The notes below the pieces were generated by a model. It was not told where the DNA came from. It worked only from the letters and a program-made list of their open reading frames with translations, and did no database searches. From assembly GCA_028534125.1 (NCBI GenBank), contig CM052818.1, forward strand, positions 6,140,001-6,204,000: a stretch of DNA of 64,000 nt, in the 5' to 3' direction. Source of the stretch: Lama glama (taxonomy: Eukaryota). Positions 38,335 through 50,922 of this stretch are shown here, one piece after another (positions within the stretch are counted from its first letter, which is position 1; each line of letters opens with the position of its first letter). A program made the translations under genes and the position numbers.

Positions 38335-39540
38335 ATAATTTTGATGAAATCCACATTTTTCTCTATTGTTCATATTTTTCTCCTCTATATAAGAAATATT
38401 CGCCTAATCCAAGATGAAAAAGATTTTCTCTTATTTCCTTCTAGAAGTTTCATGATTTAGCTTTTTAAAATTTCCTTAATTCATGTAGGGTTAATTTTTA
38501 CACATGATATGAGGCAATGATCAATATTCATCTTTCCATTTGGAAATACATTTATACCATCACAATTTTTTTAAAAAATTCTACTTTCCCCAATTAAATT
38601 TTCTTCCACCTTTATCAAAAATCAATTGACCACATATGTAGTAATCTATTTTTAGAACTGCTGTTGTGTTTCACTGTCTGAACACGTCCATATGTCTGTC
38701 CTTATGCCAATATCAGACTGTCTTGTCTACTGTATTCTTACAGTCAGTCTTAAAATCAGGTAGTTATAGCTATGTTTCAAAATTACTTATGATTCAGTAG
38801 GTATTTTCCATTTCCATGGAAAAATTGTAGAATCAGTTTGCTATTTTCTATTTTTTTCAGAAAAGCATACTGAGATTTGATTGAGATTATGTTGAATCCA
38901 TAGATTAATGCAGAGAAAATTGACATTTTAACAATATTGAGAGTCTGATATATGAACAAGATAGATCTATTTATTTTGGTTTCCTTTAATGTCCCTCAGC
39001 ATTTCTTTAAGTATTCTATAGTGTTTAGGGTATAGCTCTTATTCATATTTTGTTAAAACCTTTCCTGGTTATTTCATGGGTTTTGATGTTATTCCAAATG
39101 ATATCTTTAAAATTTTAATCTCTAATTGTCTGTTGCAAAAATATAGAATTTTTATCATGCAACTTTGCTAAACTAACTTACTAGTTCTAGTAATATTCTT
39201 GTAGATTCCTTTGGATTTTCAATAGATATGATCATGACAGTTTTATTTTTTCCTTTCCAATTATATGTGTTTTATTTCTTCTTGTTTTATTATACTGGTT
39301 AGGATGTCCAGCACAATGATGAACAGAAGTGAAGAAAGCAGATATCCTTCCTTATTCCTGACCTTAGAGAAAATGTCTTCAATCTCTTATCATTAAATAT
39401 AACACTAGTTGTAGGTTTTTCTCAAATGCTCTTCATCAGGTTTAGGAAGAGTCCTTTTATTACTAGTATTCTGAGGACTACAACTAATTTTCCAATATTA
39501 AACCACTGTGCATTCCTTGGGATAAATCCTACATTTATCA
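38335..39540 (-). mobile_element. Old L1 (L1M4/L1MC-ME type) ORF2 fragment
   Basis: Antisense ORF2 hallmarks: tttatcaaaaatcaattgaccacatatgt, ttgagattatgttgaatccatagattaat, gtagattcctttggattttc and ttccttattcctgaccttagag. Confidence 0.85.
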
Positions 39541-41316
39541 TACATTTTGTTACACATTTTACTTCTATTTTATAAGCTTCACAATTCAATATTATTGTTT
39601 TTGCTTTAAACGAGTCAAATATTTTGAAGGAATTTAAATATTAGGAAAATATGTTTTATATTCCCCACATACTCATCATTTGAGGGCTTTTATTTCTTTG
39701 TGTAGATATAAGTTTCCATCCAGCATTCTCCTTCCACCTGAAGTAGTTCCTCTTACATTTCTAATCATGCAAGTCTGCTGGCAACATATTTCCTTGGCTT
39801 TTGTTAGTCTCAAAACATCTTTATTTTGCCTTCAATGTTGAAGGATATTTTTTCTGGGTAAAGAATTCTAGGTTTTCAAGTTTTCCATCTTTTTTCTTTT
39901 AGAACATTAAATATAGTTATATTGTCTTTTGTATATGTGTATTATCTATTTTTTCTCTGTGATCTATTTCTGTGGATGCTTATAAGATTTACTCATTATT
40001 ACTTCTTTTCTCCAGTTTAATTAAAATGTGCCTTGGTGTGGTTTTCTTCATTTTAATTAGAGTTGGAATTTAATACATGTCTTGGAACTCTGACTTTATA
40101 GCTTTCCTCAAGTTTGAACATTTGTGAGCATTGTTTCTTCAAATAATTTTTATGCACCCTCCCCACTTTCTGGGAGTCCAGTTATATCTATGATAGAACA
40201 CTTGGTATTATGCCATAAGTCACTGAAGTTCTCTTCATATCTTTTTGATTCTATCCTGTGTTTCCTTTTGGCTCATTTCTACTACTATGTCTTCAAATTC
40301 ACTCATCATTTGTCTTTTTTAAGTAAATAATCTGCTACTGTCATTTCTATTTTTATCTCTGAAAGTTCTACCTGCTTCTTTTAAATATCTTCCATTTCTC
40401 TCCTCATCATGTTCATGTTTTCCTTTAAATATTTGAACACAGTAATAATAGTAATACTTCAGTATTCTCATCTGCTGTTTCCATAATTTCAGTTTCACTG
40501 ACTGACTTTCCTTCTAGTTATAAGTCACAATGTCCTTTTTTCCCATGATCAAGAAATCTTTTAATGAATGCTAACAGACATCGTACATTTTACATTTTTG
40601 AGAATCTGGTTGTCTTGCTTCAGAGATCTTTGGGATTTATTCTAGAAGGCACTTAAATTACTTGCTAGGTTTGATGATTGTTTTTAAGATGTTAAAATGT
40701 GTCTAAAGAAGCCTTTCTTCTAGGGTATATTTTAACTCCACTACAATGGTCTGACCTTTCTGGAGCTTCCCTGAATGCCCTGCATGATCAACAAAGACTT
40801 TTCACTCTCCCTGGTCAGAACCTGAATACTTCCTAGTCCTAAGTTATCTCCAGGGAACATTCAGCTCACAGCTCACCAGTAGCTCTTTGTGGTATTACAC
40901 CCTATGCATGCAGATCATAATTTTCAGCCAAGAGTCAAGATCTCTACCCATATTCCTGGAGATATTTTTCTAGGGTGCACTTCCCTCTCCGTAACCCTGC
41001 CTTGTATGTTACAGACACTTCAGCTTCCCTGAACTGAGATCTCTGTCTCCTCAACTCCATAGAACCGACATGCTTTGCTTATATCCTTCTATCCTTCTAT
41101 CCCTGTCCCATGGTTCAGAGTGTGCTTCCAGGAAGAAAGCTGAGGCAATCACAGGGGTCACCTCACCTGTTTACTTCTTTCAGCAATCACAGCCCTTCAC
41201 TGCCCGTTGTCCAAAATATAAAAGCAGCTGTTTCATATGTTTTGTTGTCTTTAGATGCTTACAGCAAAGGGATAAACTTTGTCCCTCTTGTTTCATCACA
41301 GCCAGAAGTGGAAGTC
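39541..41316 (-). mobile_element. Old L1 5' portion (5' UTR, ORF1, inter-ORF), L1M4/L1MC-MD-like
   Basis: Contains gtctgctggcaacatatttccttggcttttgttagtctcaaaacatctttattttgccttcaatgttgaaggatatttt. It terminates at ccagaagtggaagtc, the reverse complement of the GACTTCCACTTCTGG old-L1 5' start. Confidence 0.75.
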
Positions 41317-41419
41317 TACTATACACTTTTATTCTAATTACTATTTTGCTCTTAGATTCTAGTTTGGGACAAATATAGAGACAATAATGATTGATGTGTT
41401 GGTTTTTTGGGGTTTTTTT

Positions 41420-41636
41420 TTTTGAGTTTTTACTGTGTTCTAGGCATTAGGCTAAAAAGTTGTACTTTAATTGCCTCATTTAATCCTTATAATAACCTGT
41501 GTACCATATAATACTTCCATTTTATAGATAAGGAAAATGAGACTTACAAAACTTTCCTTCACATAATCAGTAAGTGGTGGGATCGGATTTTCAGCCCAGC
41601 TCTGTTGGACTCTGCAGCTGGACCCTAAACCAATAC
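41420..41636 (-). mobile_element. MIR
   Basis: tactgtgttctaggcattaggcta...ctcatttaatccttataataacctg...ccattttatagataaggaaaatgagact. Confidence 0.8.
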
Positions 41637-41933
41637 ATTTGGAAAACCCTCTGCTATACCCAATATACTCACCACATATGACAATATCTCAAGCATGCAC
41701 ACTATTATACATGCACACTAACACCAAATGGCATTATATGCTGCCAAAGTACTTACACCAATGCCTGTAAATTAACCGCACAAACTTTTTTTTTTGCAAA
41801 AATGAATACAACTCACAGTATCCTCCCGCAGACAGCTGAAGTATTCAAAACTGAGGCTGTTTATCGGTCCTTAAGTCCCTGAAGATGCTAAGATGAACCA
41901 GTTCATAGTAGGTTAGAGTCATCAAGAGAAGGA

Positions 41934-42044
41934 TTTTTTTTCAATTTAAAATATAAAATTTATCATCTTAATCATTTTTAAGTGTACTGTTCAGGGGCAT
42001 TAAGTATCTTCACACTGTTGTGCAACCCTCACCACCAACCATAG
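41934..42044 (-). mobile_element. Short L1MB/L1MA-type 3' end
   Basis: Poly-T followed by ataaaatttatcatcttaatcatttttaagtgtactgttcaggggcattaagtatcttcacactgttgtgcaaccctcaccacc. It is flanked by gagaagga at 41926-41933 and 42045-42052 (probable TSD). Confidence 0.8.
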
Positions 42045-42959
42045 GAGAAGGAATGTTTATTCCTTCAGTCGCAGTGTCTTAGCTTTGGTGCTTCAGTTTT
42101 ATAGTCACCCAATATAAAGTTGTTGGAGTCATGCCTTTTCACTTAGCCACATAGATGAGAAGGATGAACACAAGCAAGTGGCAGCCTAGATTAAGAATCT
42201 GTTCAGATGCTGATATAAAAATAGTTGGACAACAAAGCCCTGTTTTAGCACTTTCTCTACAGTGATACACAAGAGGCACCTGTGGGTCCACAACAATTTT
42301 GAAGGCCTAGTTCCAGGGAATAGTGCTATGTAACCATAAAATTACACTTGAGATAAGATTTAATTATCATTTTTCACCTTTCCAACACCTTTCCCAGAGT
42401 AATGCTTAAAAGCTTTGCAAGAAAGAATGTTACCGTTAAAGTGGTGACATGTAACAAGAATAACAACAAAAAAAGCACAAGAAAGAACAACCAACAGGCC
42501 AGGCTTTTATGAGAGCTTAGGTTCAGGGTGTTATTCAAAGTTATTACAAGTGACTGCCATGTAAGGGAGCTTTTGGATTGGCTTCAAAGGGGACGCCACT
42601 GGGAAAAATAAATGGACTCTGTTTCCTACAAGAGATATTTTCATTTCTCCAGACAGAGAGCTAATAAAAGCTGCTGGCTACCATGATAAGCAGGCACAGA
42701 TCACAAGGTAAGACTCATATCCTCAAAATCATTCTGTTTCACTGTGAATCACAACACACTCGACATTATCACTGATAGAGATGTGCAAGGCAGAGGGTGG
42801 ACGCAGGTGGAGGCCTTGACCTGATCTCTAAGGGGGGACCCATAGGCTGACAGCAGCTTGAAAGTAATTCTTATCTATCCTGGATAGGGATGTAAGACTG
42901 TATTTGGTGTCCTAACTGTATTCATGAATTTCCAGCTAACTTTAAAAGTGATGAGCGAA

Positions 42960-43290
42960 CTGTCAAGGTGATGAAAAATAAGGAAAATCTAAGAAACTAT
43001 CCCAGATTAGAGGAGACTAAGGAGTTATGATGACTAAATGGAGCATGGTATCCTAGATTGAATCCAACAACAGAAAAAGGATATTAGTGGGAAAACTGGT
43101 AAAATCTAAATGATGTCTAGAGTTTAGCTAACAGGAGGATGTCAATGTTCATGTCTTAGTTTTGACAAATTAGCACTGTTACGTAAGATATTAACATTAG
43201 GGGAAGCTGAGTGAAGGGTATGTGGGAATTCTCTGAACTCTATTTGCAACTTTTCTGTAAGTCTAAAATTATCCTAAAATAAAAAGTTTC
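42960..43290 (+). mobile_element. L1MC-type 3' end
   Basis: ccagattagaggagactaaggagttatgatgactaaatg...gtaagatattaacattaggggaagctgagtgaagggtatgtgggaattctctg...ttttctgtaagtctaaaattatcctaaaataaaaagttt. Confidence 0.85.
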
Positions 43291-43819
43291 TTTTATGAAG
43301 AAGTGATAAGCAAAGTCCACTGGCTATTCTGGTGGTTTTATCTCTTGGATAATGACAAACCGAATCCTTCTTCCTAATTTCCAACTTTCCAAAGAGGAAG
43401 AAGCAAATCCATCTGTCAACATGGACTATGGAAGGAGCATGGCAGGCATTAGCTCCTGAATGACCCTGCAAGTCAAAAGGAAAATCTGCCACCATTAAAT
43501 TTTGAGTGATGGCTTCCGCTGCTGGGACTCCCAGAGGGATCTAGCTAGCCCGAGGTTCTCTATGGACTTCCTCCTTTTGCTGATCAATCAAACCACAGTC
43601 ATCATGGCATCACTTAGAAATGAGACCAAAATATTCCTTAATTCATTTGCATATATGTATATATGCTTTTTCAATGTAAACAATTTACAAGTGTGTGTGC
43701 TCACTTTCTTTTCCCAGAAAACTGAAAACAAACTGCTAAGAGGTATGTCCCCAAGATTTGAGAGACTGTTCTACCTTTACGCTTAAAGGGGAAACCCAAA
43801 ACTGAATTTCAGAGGCATA

Positions 43820-44262
43820 CAGGGCCTGGTAGGAAACAAATGGCGTCATCAATTTGAGGAGAATTGAATACAGGGACTGATCTCAAGGTATGGACAAAAT
43901 TTGGAGAAATCAGCAAGGTGCAGTGCAGCACCCTGAGCCCAGCTATTGTGAAGACCCGCTATGACGGCTCTTATGAAGACGCCTTTACATCAGAGGGACA
44001 AGGGGAAGAAGGTACTAGAAACTGAGAGGTGAATATATGTAGGGCCACCTGTAGCTCATCCAGTGGACGCAAGACAGAGGAGTTAAGACCCTGACCTTAC
44101 TCTTCTCTTGCTCTCTGATTCTCTGCTGATGCCTCCCACTGGCCAAATCCAACCAGAAACCAAAGCCCAGAAGCCCTCAGCTACACCCCACACAGGGCAG
44201 CCTTCTGGAGGCTCAGAACAGAATGGAGAAAGGGGTGGTGAGTGGACCTGGAGGGACAATCA
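43820..44262 (-). mobile_element. ERVL LTR (LTR33-like)
   Basis: ccctgaccttactcttctcttgctctctgattctctgctgatgcctcccactggccaaatccaaccagaaacc...ggagaaaggggtggtgagtggacctggagggacaa. Confidence 0.7.
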
Positions 44263-45373
44263 CGTTCCCCCTGCTCACTCTGTTGCTGGCCGCATCTTGA
44301 ATTTTCATTGCTAGAGCACCTAGTTAATGTTATTCTATTTGTTGCTCAGCTGCAGAATTTTTCTGAATCCAGCATGGCCAAATAATTTTGCATTTTGTAA
44401 ACTCTTTGATAGAAGTCAAGCCACACTGATAAGATGCAATCACTTTTTAAGAAAGGGCATTATTTGCCAAATAGCTCAGGGTAGCAAGGTACAAAGACAG
44501 CTGGATGCTTTCGGCAATGGGATGCGCTTGGAAAGGACCGTACCCAGATTCCCTAAGTGGCCCCATCTGGCTTCAGATAATAGTTTTCCCTCTTTCAAGT
44601 CTGCCCCTTATATTCCCTTCATTTGTGAAACCCTTTAAAAATGCCAGTAGCAAATACTTCTCCCTAGAGACAAAAGGGAGCGATGTGGAAGAGGAACAGT
44701 GAAAATACCATTGGTACACAAAAGGAAAAATGCCAATAACTACAGACTTCTGGCACGCAGAGATTCTTTGGGGTTCGTACTATTTGTCTTTTCTTCATCA
44801 CTTTTCAAGTTCTCATTATGTGTAAGAAAAACTCTAAAATGGAAAAATATGTAAGGCAGTTAAAAGAGAGAGAAGGGCCCATGAGCTGAATTTAGCAACT
44901 GAGCTAAGGGAAAAATGGCCAAGGAAGGAAAAATGGGTAGGATCTAGAGCAAGGAGACAGAGACAAAAGATGAAGCCTCATGCTGGATGTAGGGTAATTG
45001 AATTCTCACCTCCAGGGTCAGTGAGGCACAGGAAGATGTGTGCCAATGAGCTGGCCAAGTGATAGGACTGACGTGCCCAGAAAACACATGTAAAAGGTAT
45101 GCCCTGCTTTAATAATTCAGATACTAAGAAAGTCACATTTCTTTGATATTCAAATTATAAAGACTCCAAGCCTTACCTGCCTAAGTTAGCAGTGCTTCTC
45201 TGTCCCAGACCATCCCAAGAACACACGAGTGGCTCAGTCCACGATGTTAATGTTGGTTTTTTCATTTCACAGAAGAATCTGTGTTCATTTCACCACTCAT
45301 TCACCCACCCAACAAGTATTTGAAATTGTTAAATATCATACTGTTCTTAAATTGTTATCGTGTTTTGTATTTT

Positions 45374-45529
45374 TTAAACATTTTTATTGAGTTATAGTCA
45401 TTTTACAATGTTGTGTCAAATTCCAGTGTACAGCACAATTTTTCAGTTATACATGAACATACATATATTGATTGTCACTTTGTTTCCCCACTGTGAGCTA
45501 CCACAAGATCTTGTATATATTTCCCTGTG
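45374..45529 (-). mobile_element. Very short young L1 3' end (same type as 8844-9629)
   Basis: Reverse complement is closely similar to 9470-9625. TSD: tatcgtgttttgtatttt (45356-45373) and tatcatgtttttgtatttt (45530-45548). Confidence 0.9.
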
Positions 45530-46994
45530 TATCATGTTTTTGTATTTTCACACAATACTGAATGACTTAGGCACAACAAACTACTAAGACATCAAATCTG
45601 CCTCAAGGCGAGAAGGGGTGAATATAAAAAAAAATTCACCCCAGAGTAAAGATGTTGACCCCCAGGGCAGAGAATTTCAGTACCTGTAATTCAAGTTTGT
45701 TAGTCTGGTGGCAGACAGAATCCTGCCATCTTGATTATCTGATCCCTCCATGTGCCAATATCTCTCTGAAGGTTAAAAAGTTTAGAGAATGCAAACAAGC
45801 AGTATTATTTTGGAACCAAGGGATGTTATGCTCAAGCTTAAACTTCTTTACCCTCATCACATCTGCTTCCCAAAATATCAAAAATATTGAAAATCAGGAA
45901 CTGTCAAAGGCAAATCAACTCAGATGTGCCTATTCCGAGACTAGCATGTCAATAGTGTTTATACCCCTTCTTACACCACATAGTCTAATTACCTCTGATT
46001 ATATATTTAAGGAAACTTCCAGGCACTGTAAACACTGCAAAAAAATATATCCCTTTAGGTTTCTATTTCCTTCACCTGGCAGAGACTGGGAGTCCCCCAG
46101 TCAGCTAAAGTCCTTGACTAGGACACTTCAACCCATGGCTTAAGGGACAGGGAATAAAAAACAACAACAATCTGTTATGCGCAATGTCATATTTCTCTTT
46201 TACTGCCCATCTTGTCCATCTCACCATCCTCTAAAAATCTCAAGCCTAGGTGGGGGTGTTCTTATGGCAAAATGAAAATCCAGATGGCACCTGCACTACC
46301 AAATGCAACCTCCCCCCCAAAATGACCTGGGCACCAACGTTGCCAAGATTTGGGGGCAACTGCTAGGAGTGGGAAAACTACAGCAAAGAAGTAAGTGAGC
46401 AGACTTTGTCCCCAGCGTGGCCCTTTGCAGAAGACTGTTTGGTTGGTTTCCTCCTCTTCAGGTGGCTTTCCAGGGAGTCCCGGCAATTCTTGCAATCCAG
46501 GTTCCCATTTATTTTCCTCTGTGTTCCTGTCACCACAGTCACAGAGTCAAGTGGTTTAAATTCCCAGTGGGCAAACTCCAACCATTTCAGTTTGGGTTTT
46601 TATTTCCAAAATAGACTAGCCTTCAAAATCACCCAGTAAACAAAGGCAGAATTTTTAGAGGGCTTCTCTCATGGGAGAGTTCATGACGGAAGATTGGAGC
46701 CACTGGGGAGAGCTGGGGGCCCCAGGGAGTGCAAGGAGAAGGCACATATCTTCAGACGGGTGTTATGTTTTCATACAGAGAGAGACTTTCTTTAGAGTCC
46801 TCTCAAGCAGAACAGTCAGGAAAAAATGATTGTCATTTTTCTCATATTTAAATGATGCCAGTGATAAGCCCAGCAGTGAACTCAGCATTTCAAGAAAGCA
46901 ATAAAAAACAGACGACTGACACTGGGTCCCCAAGATGCTTTGAACTTCAACTCCGTAAAAATGGATTATCAAATTATATACCCATGTGTCTGTA

Positions 46995-47672
46995 CATTTA
47001 TTCACTTACTGGGCACCTTTTACATGCCAGGCACTGTGCTAGGTGTTGAGTGGCCATTGTTGAGCATAGAAAAAGACATGACCACTGTACTCCGGAAGTT
47101 TATGGTCTAGAGGGGGAGAGAGAAACTTAAATGGACATGGGGAAGGATGGAGAAAGAGAGATAGAGAAATAAAAAGACAGAAGTAAATAACTGATAGCTT
47201 AGAGACATTTGTTTTCAAATGGTGTAAATAACTCAGTCAGGGAGGCCAGAGAAGGCATCTATGAAGGAAGGTTGATTGAACCAAATTCCAAAGAAAGAAT
47301 CTGTGGGTTACCTGGGGGCTGGGGAGTGGGGATAACACACCAGAGAAAGGGAAAGCCTATATACAAAGGACTGTGGCTGAAAAGGAGAACAGCACGTTTA
47401 AAATACTGAAAGATGACCATTAGCGCTGCACGGAGAAGATCAAGAAGACTGGTGTAAGAGAAAGCTCTAAAGAGGAACAGGGGGCAGACCACACAGGGCC
47501 TTCCAGACCACGCATGCAAAGGAGCGGGTCCATACCCTAATGTCAATGGGAATCCATCAGACGGTTTTAGGGAAGAAGCAACACAATTAGATTTTGTTTT
47601 AAAGGCACCTCTTTGGCTATAGCCTAGAGCAGATGGCAGGAAGGTTAGAAGGGACTTAAGTGAGAGATGGAC
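46995..47672 (-). mobile_element. L2 (L2a/b-like)
   Basis: catttattcacttactgggcaccttttacatgccaggcactgtgctaggtg...tcagggaggccagagaaggcatctatgaagg...caatgggaatccatcagacggttttaggga. Confidence 0.8.
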
Positions 47673-47675
47673 GCC

Positions 47676-48083
47676 TGTGCCGGTGTGGTCTGTGGGCACA
47701 GAGGCCAATCACTGGCCTGCTGTCACCCAGTCTCACACCTGCCTTTACATCCTCTGCTCTTTTCTGCTAGGCTGTGAACCCCGTCTCCCATGTTCTCTTG
47801 TCCACCACCTTCCTGGTAGGTTCCATCAACAGAAGCCAAAGGCCGGGGGGCCAAAAAGTGGAAGAAAGGGAAGGTTCCCACTTTCGGCTTTGCCGTTGTG
47901 GCCACTGCCATCGGCTGCAGGCGGTTGCTGCAGTGGCAGCAGGGAGGGGGTGATTCTGACGCCTCTTCCAGGCCCCCTCCACCTCCCTTTTGCTCTTGCA
48001 GCTTTCTCTACAGACTTACAACCAGTTGCCTGCATGTAATCTAGAATGCCTTCCTTTTCCCTGGTTAAACCTAGGCTAAAACA
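47676..48083 (+). mobile_element. ERVL LTR (LTR33A/LTR41/LTR16-like)
   Basis: TGTG start, ccttcctggtaggttccatcaacagaagcc...ggaagaaaggga in the body, and ttttccctggttaaacctaggctaaaaca at the end. Confidence 0.5.
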
Positions 48084-48924
48084 GCTCAGAAATTAAAGGC
48101 TAGAAGAAAATTCATTGAAGTCAACCTGTTATCATTAAGTCACCCTTCCTAACAGAAGACTATCTCCTTGACCCTGTCTGGAGAATTTCAGTGGCAGAGA
48201 ACACGCTCCTTCAGAGGGAGCCCTGCCCACCGATAATAATCTTACCATTAAAGTCTCCCCGAGAATGACCCCAAATCTACCCCTACTCACAAGGGTCAAT
48301 CACTGGGAGCTATTCAGCAGGAGTTCTCTGTGTACCCGACACTCTTCCAGTCAACTGAAGACAGGGACCCAGCCTTCTCACGTGTAACATCTTCTCAGAC
48401 ACACCTGAATCCTCCTCGTGCCTCCAACACCTCCTTAGATTTCTGAATTCCTCACTGCCTTTGTCATGCTCCTTCTAATTTTGTTTCACTCACTGAACTA
48501 TCCAAATGAAACTGCACAGATTTCCCTGATAAGGTGGCAGAGCTGGGAATCCATGTTACATCCTCCCCTGTCATCCTCCTCTCCACCCACTGCACAGGAC
48601 CCGGAGGTACGGCCTCCAAACCCATCACTCCATGATTTCTCATTTCTCCATGATATGTCATTGTCCTGGAACAGAGCACAATGCTCACGACATGGCTGGC
48701 GTGGTTGAGTGGGATCTCTCTGGAACTGAATGGACCGCAAACATAACACAACCTACATTTGCATTGGATTTTGTCATTGTTGTTTGTTTGTTTTGGAAGT
48801 TGTTGTTTTGTTCTTGGCTCGTAATAAGCAACAAAGAGATTCTGAACATACGCTGCATACCATAGGTCCTAAGGAGAATTAAAGAAGGAGAAGGAAGAGG
48901 AGGATAAGAAAGGAAAAGAGAATA

Positions 48925-49300
48925 GGGTATGGTCCTGTCCCAAAGGACCTTAAGGTCTAACTAGAGAAATTATTTATAAGCCCACAGAGTGATGACAAAC
49001 CATTGCAACTGGTAAATACTGAAGGCTGTGCAAGTAGTATAAACAATGCACTATATTGGCACTCAAGGTAGGAAGGGATTGCTTAATTTGGGGGTAAGTG
49101 GAGAAAGCTCCGGCAAGCAGCAGCATTTGAACTGAGTCTTTTAGGTAGAACAGAATCTGGATAAAAATGTAGGAAAGGCATGCCTATCTAGGGGAATGGT
49201 GTCATTCACTTACTCATCGATTTATTTTTCACATATTTATTTATTAAGCAACTCTATATTCTTAGCACCGTGCTAAGCCCTGAGAAAACATGGCTGAAAG
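48925..49300 (-). mobile_element. L2 fragments
   Basis: ggtcctgtcccaaaggaccttaaggtctaactagaga...gcatttgaactgagtctt and cattcacttactcatcgatttatttttcacatatttat...cttagcaccgtgctaagccctgag. Confidence 0.6.
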
Positions 49301-49494
49301 AATTACTCAAGGATCTTACAATGTAATAGGCAAAGATGTGCAGAATGGAAAGTATAAGTTTAGTAAAGAAGCTGGACTTTCAGCAGTGAGTTCATACCGG
49401 AATAGTGGAAAAGAAAGGAAGGTAGTTTGGGACCATAGTGCAGAGGGCCCTTTTAACGTCAGGTTCATAACCTGGAGTTTCACGCTTTTGGTCC

Positions 49495-50040
49495 AATTTC
49501 CATGGCTGTGTTACAAAGTACTCCAGAATATATTGCTGTAAAACAACCATTTATCATGTCCGTACTTAGTGTGGGCCAAGAACTCAGACAAAGCACAGTG
49601 GAGACAGCTTGTCTCTGCTCCACAGTGTCTGGGGCTCATCTGGAAGATTCAAAAGCTGGAATATGGAAACACTGAAAGTCTTACTCCCTCACGTTCTAGA
49701 AGCTGATGCTGACTGCTGGCTGCAGGGTGGTGGTGGTGGGGTAGGGGTAGGGGGTCCCGGTTCCTCTTCACAAGGGCCTCTCCACGTGGGCTGGCTCAGA
49801 CTTCCTCCCAGTACAGTGGCTGAGCTCCAAGCAGCAGTGTTGAAAGAGACGAAGACAGAGCGAAAGGGAGAGGTAGAAGTCATATCCTTTACATGACCTA
49901 ACACTGGAGGTCCCATGAATCACTCTCATGTACTCCTGATGGAAGAAGTCACCAGCCCCTTCCTATTTTCCAAGGGAGGCCTCACTTCTCGGTTGGAGAA
50001 GTGTTGTCATATTCTAAGAAGTGCACATGAAAGGAGTTAT
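49495..50040 (-). mobile_element. MaLR LTR (MLT1F/G-like)
   Basis: aaacaaccatttatcatg...gtgggccaagaactcagacaaagcacagtggagacagcttgtctctgctccacagtgtctggggctcatctggaaga...gggcctctccacgtgggctggctcagacttcctccc. Confidence 0.8.
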
Positions 50041-50059
50041 CTGTCACTTGTAAGAAAAG

Positions 50060-50177
50060 AATAGATGAACGGACAGACAGATGGGTGATAAGTAGCTAGA
50101 CAGGTGGACAGATGGATGATAGGTAGGGAGATGTGTAGATAGGTAGGTAGGTAGGTAGGTAGATAGATAGATAGGTA
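50060..50177. repeat. Compound (TAGA/TAGG/TGGA)n microsatellite
   Basis: tagataggtaggtaggtaggtaggtagatagatagataggta at 50136-50177, with degenerate units upstream. Confidence 0.85.
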
Positions 50178-50449
50178 AACAGATATGGGATTAATGTTGG
50201 AAAACACCATCTGCCTCACGTTTAGATAACACAAAGTCATGTGGACAGAAGAGCAATCTGACAAAACCAGATTTTAGAATAATTACTCTGATAGCAAGCA
50301 CAGCATGCAGATGGAGCACAGAAATGATGTAACGATTACCAAAGGAGAACTAAAGGAGAATTTGGCATCTTGGCTTTCAGTGTATAAAGTCCATTATTTG
50401 GAGTTTCATTCCTTTCCTGCCTCACTATTCTCTACTGGAAATTTTAATA

Positions 50450-50715
50450 CCATACGTTCCAAAATATGTTCTATAGAATATCAGTCCCAGAAGATTCTCT
50501 AACAAAAGAAGACTCTGTTCAAAAGGAGGTAGACATACTGTCCACTTTGTCTCCCTCTTGGAAATTCTCAGTCCTTCTTAGCATGGAAAAACCTCTCAGG
50601 CAGCAGTAAAGGAAAAAAAATCTGCTTAACACTGTTTTATCCAGTGTGTTTCCAACTTTTTTGACCACTGAACCTTTTTAACTTTTCGCTAATTAACGTC
50701 CTATGGAACTAGCCT
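50450..50715 (-). mobile_element. Charlie4-like hAT DNA transposon
   Basis: ccctcttggaaattctcag...cagtaaagg...ctgcttaacactgttttatccagtgtgtttccaacttttttgaccactgaacc...attaacgtcctatggaactag matches the reverse complement of recalled Charlie4a. Confidence 0.65.
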
Positions 50716-50874
50716 AAAGGCCACAGTCCTGGCTGCCCCTGGGCAGAGCAGTGAAAGGCCAGGCAACTAATCAATCAACAAGTACTTATCAAATGCCTAA
50801 TTAGGCATAAGACGCTGAAAGTAAAGGGAACATGTATTACATTGATAAGTTTTTAGTCCAATAAAGTAAAGCAA

Positions 50875-50877
50875 AAA

Positions 50878-50920
<43 letters not shown>

Positions 50921-50922
50921 AA
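50875..50922. repeat. (AAAT)n microsatellite
   Basis: About 11 perfect AAAT units. Confidence 0.95.

Noticed and set aside
45652..46143. 163-aa plus-strand ORF
   Set aside because: No recognisable domain, composition typical of non-coding DNA, and no convincing splice or promoter context.
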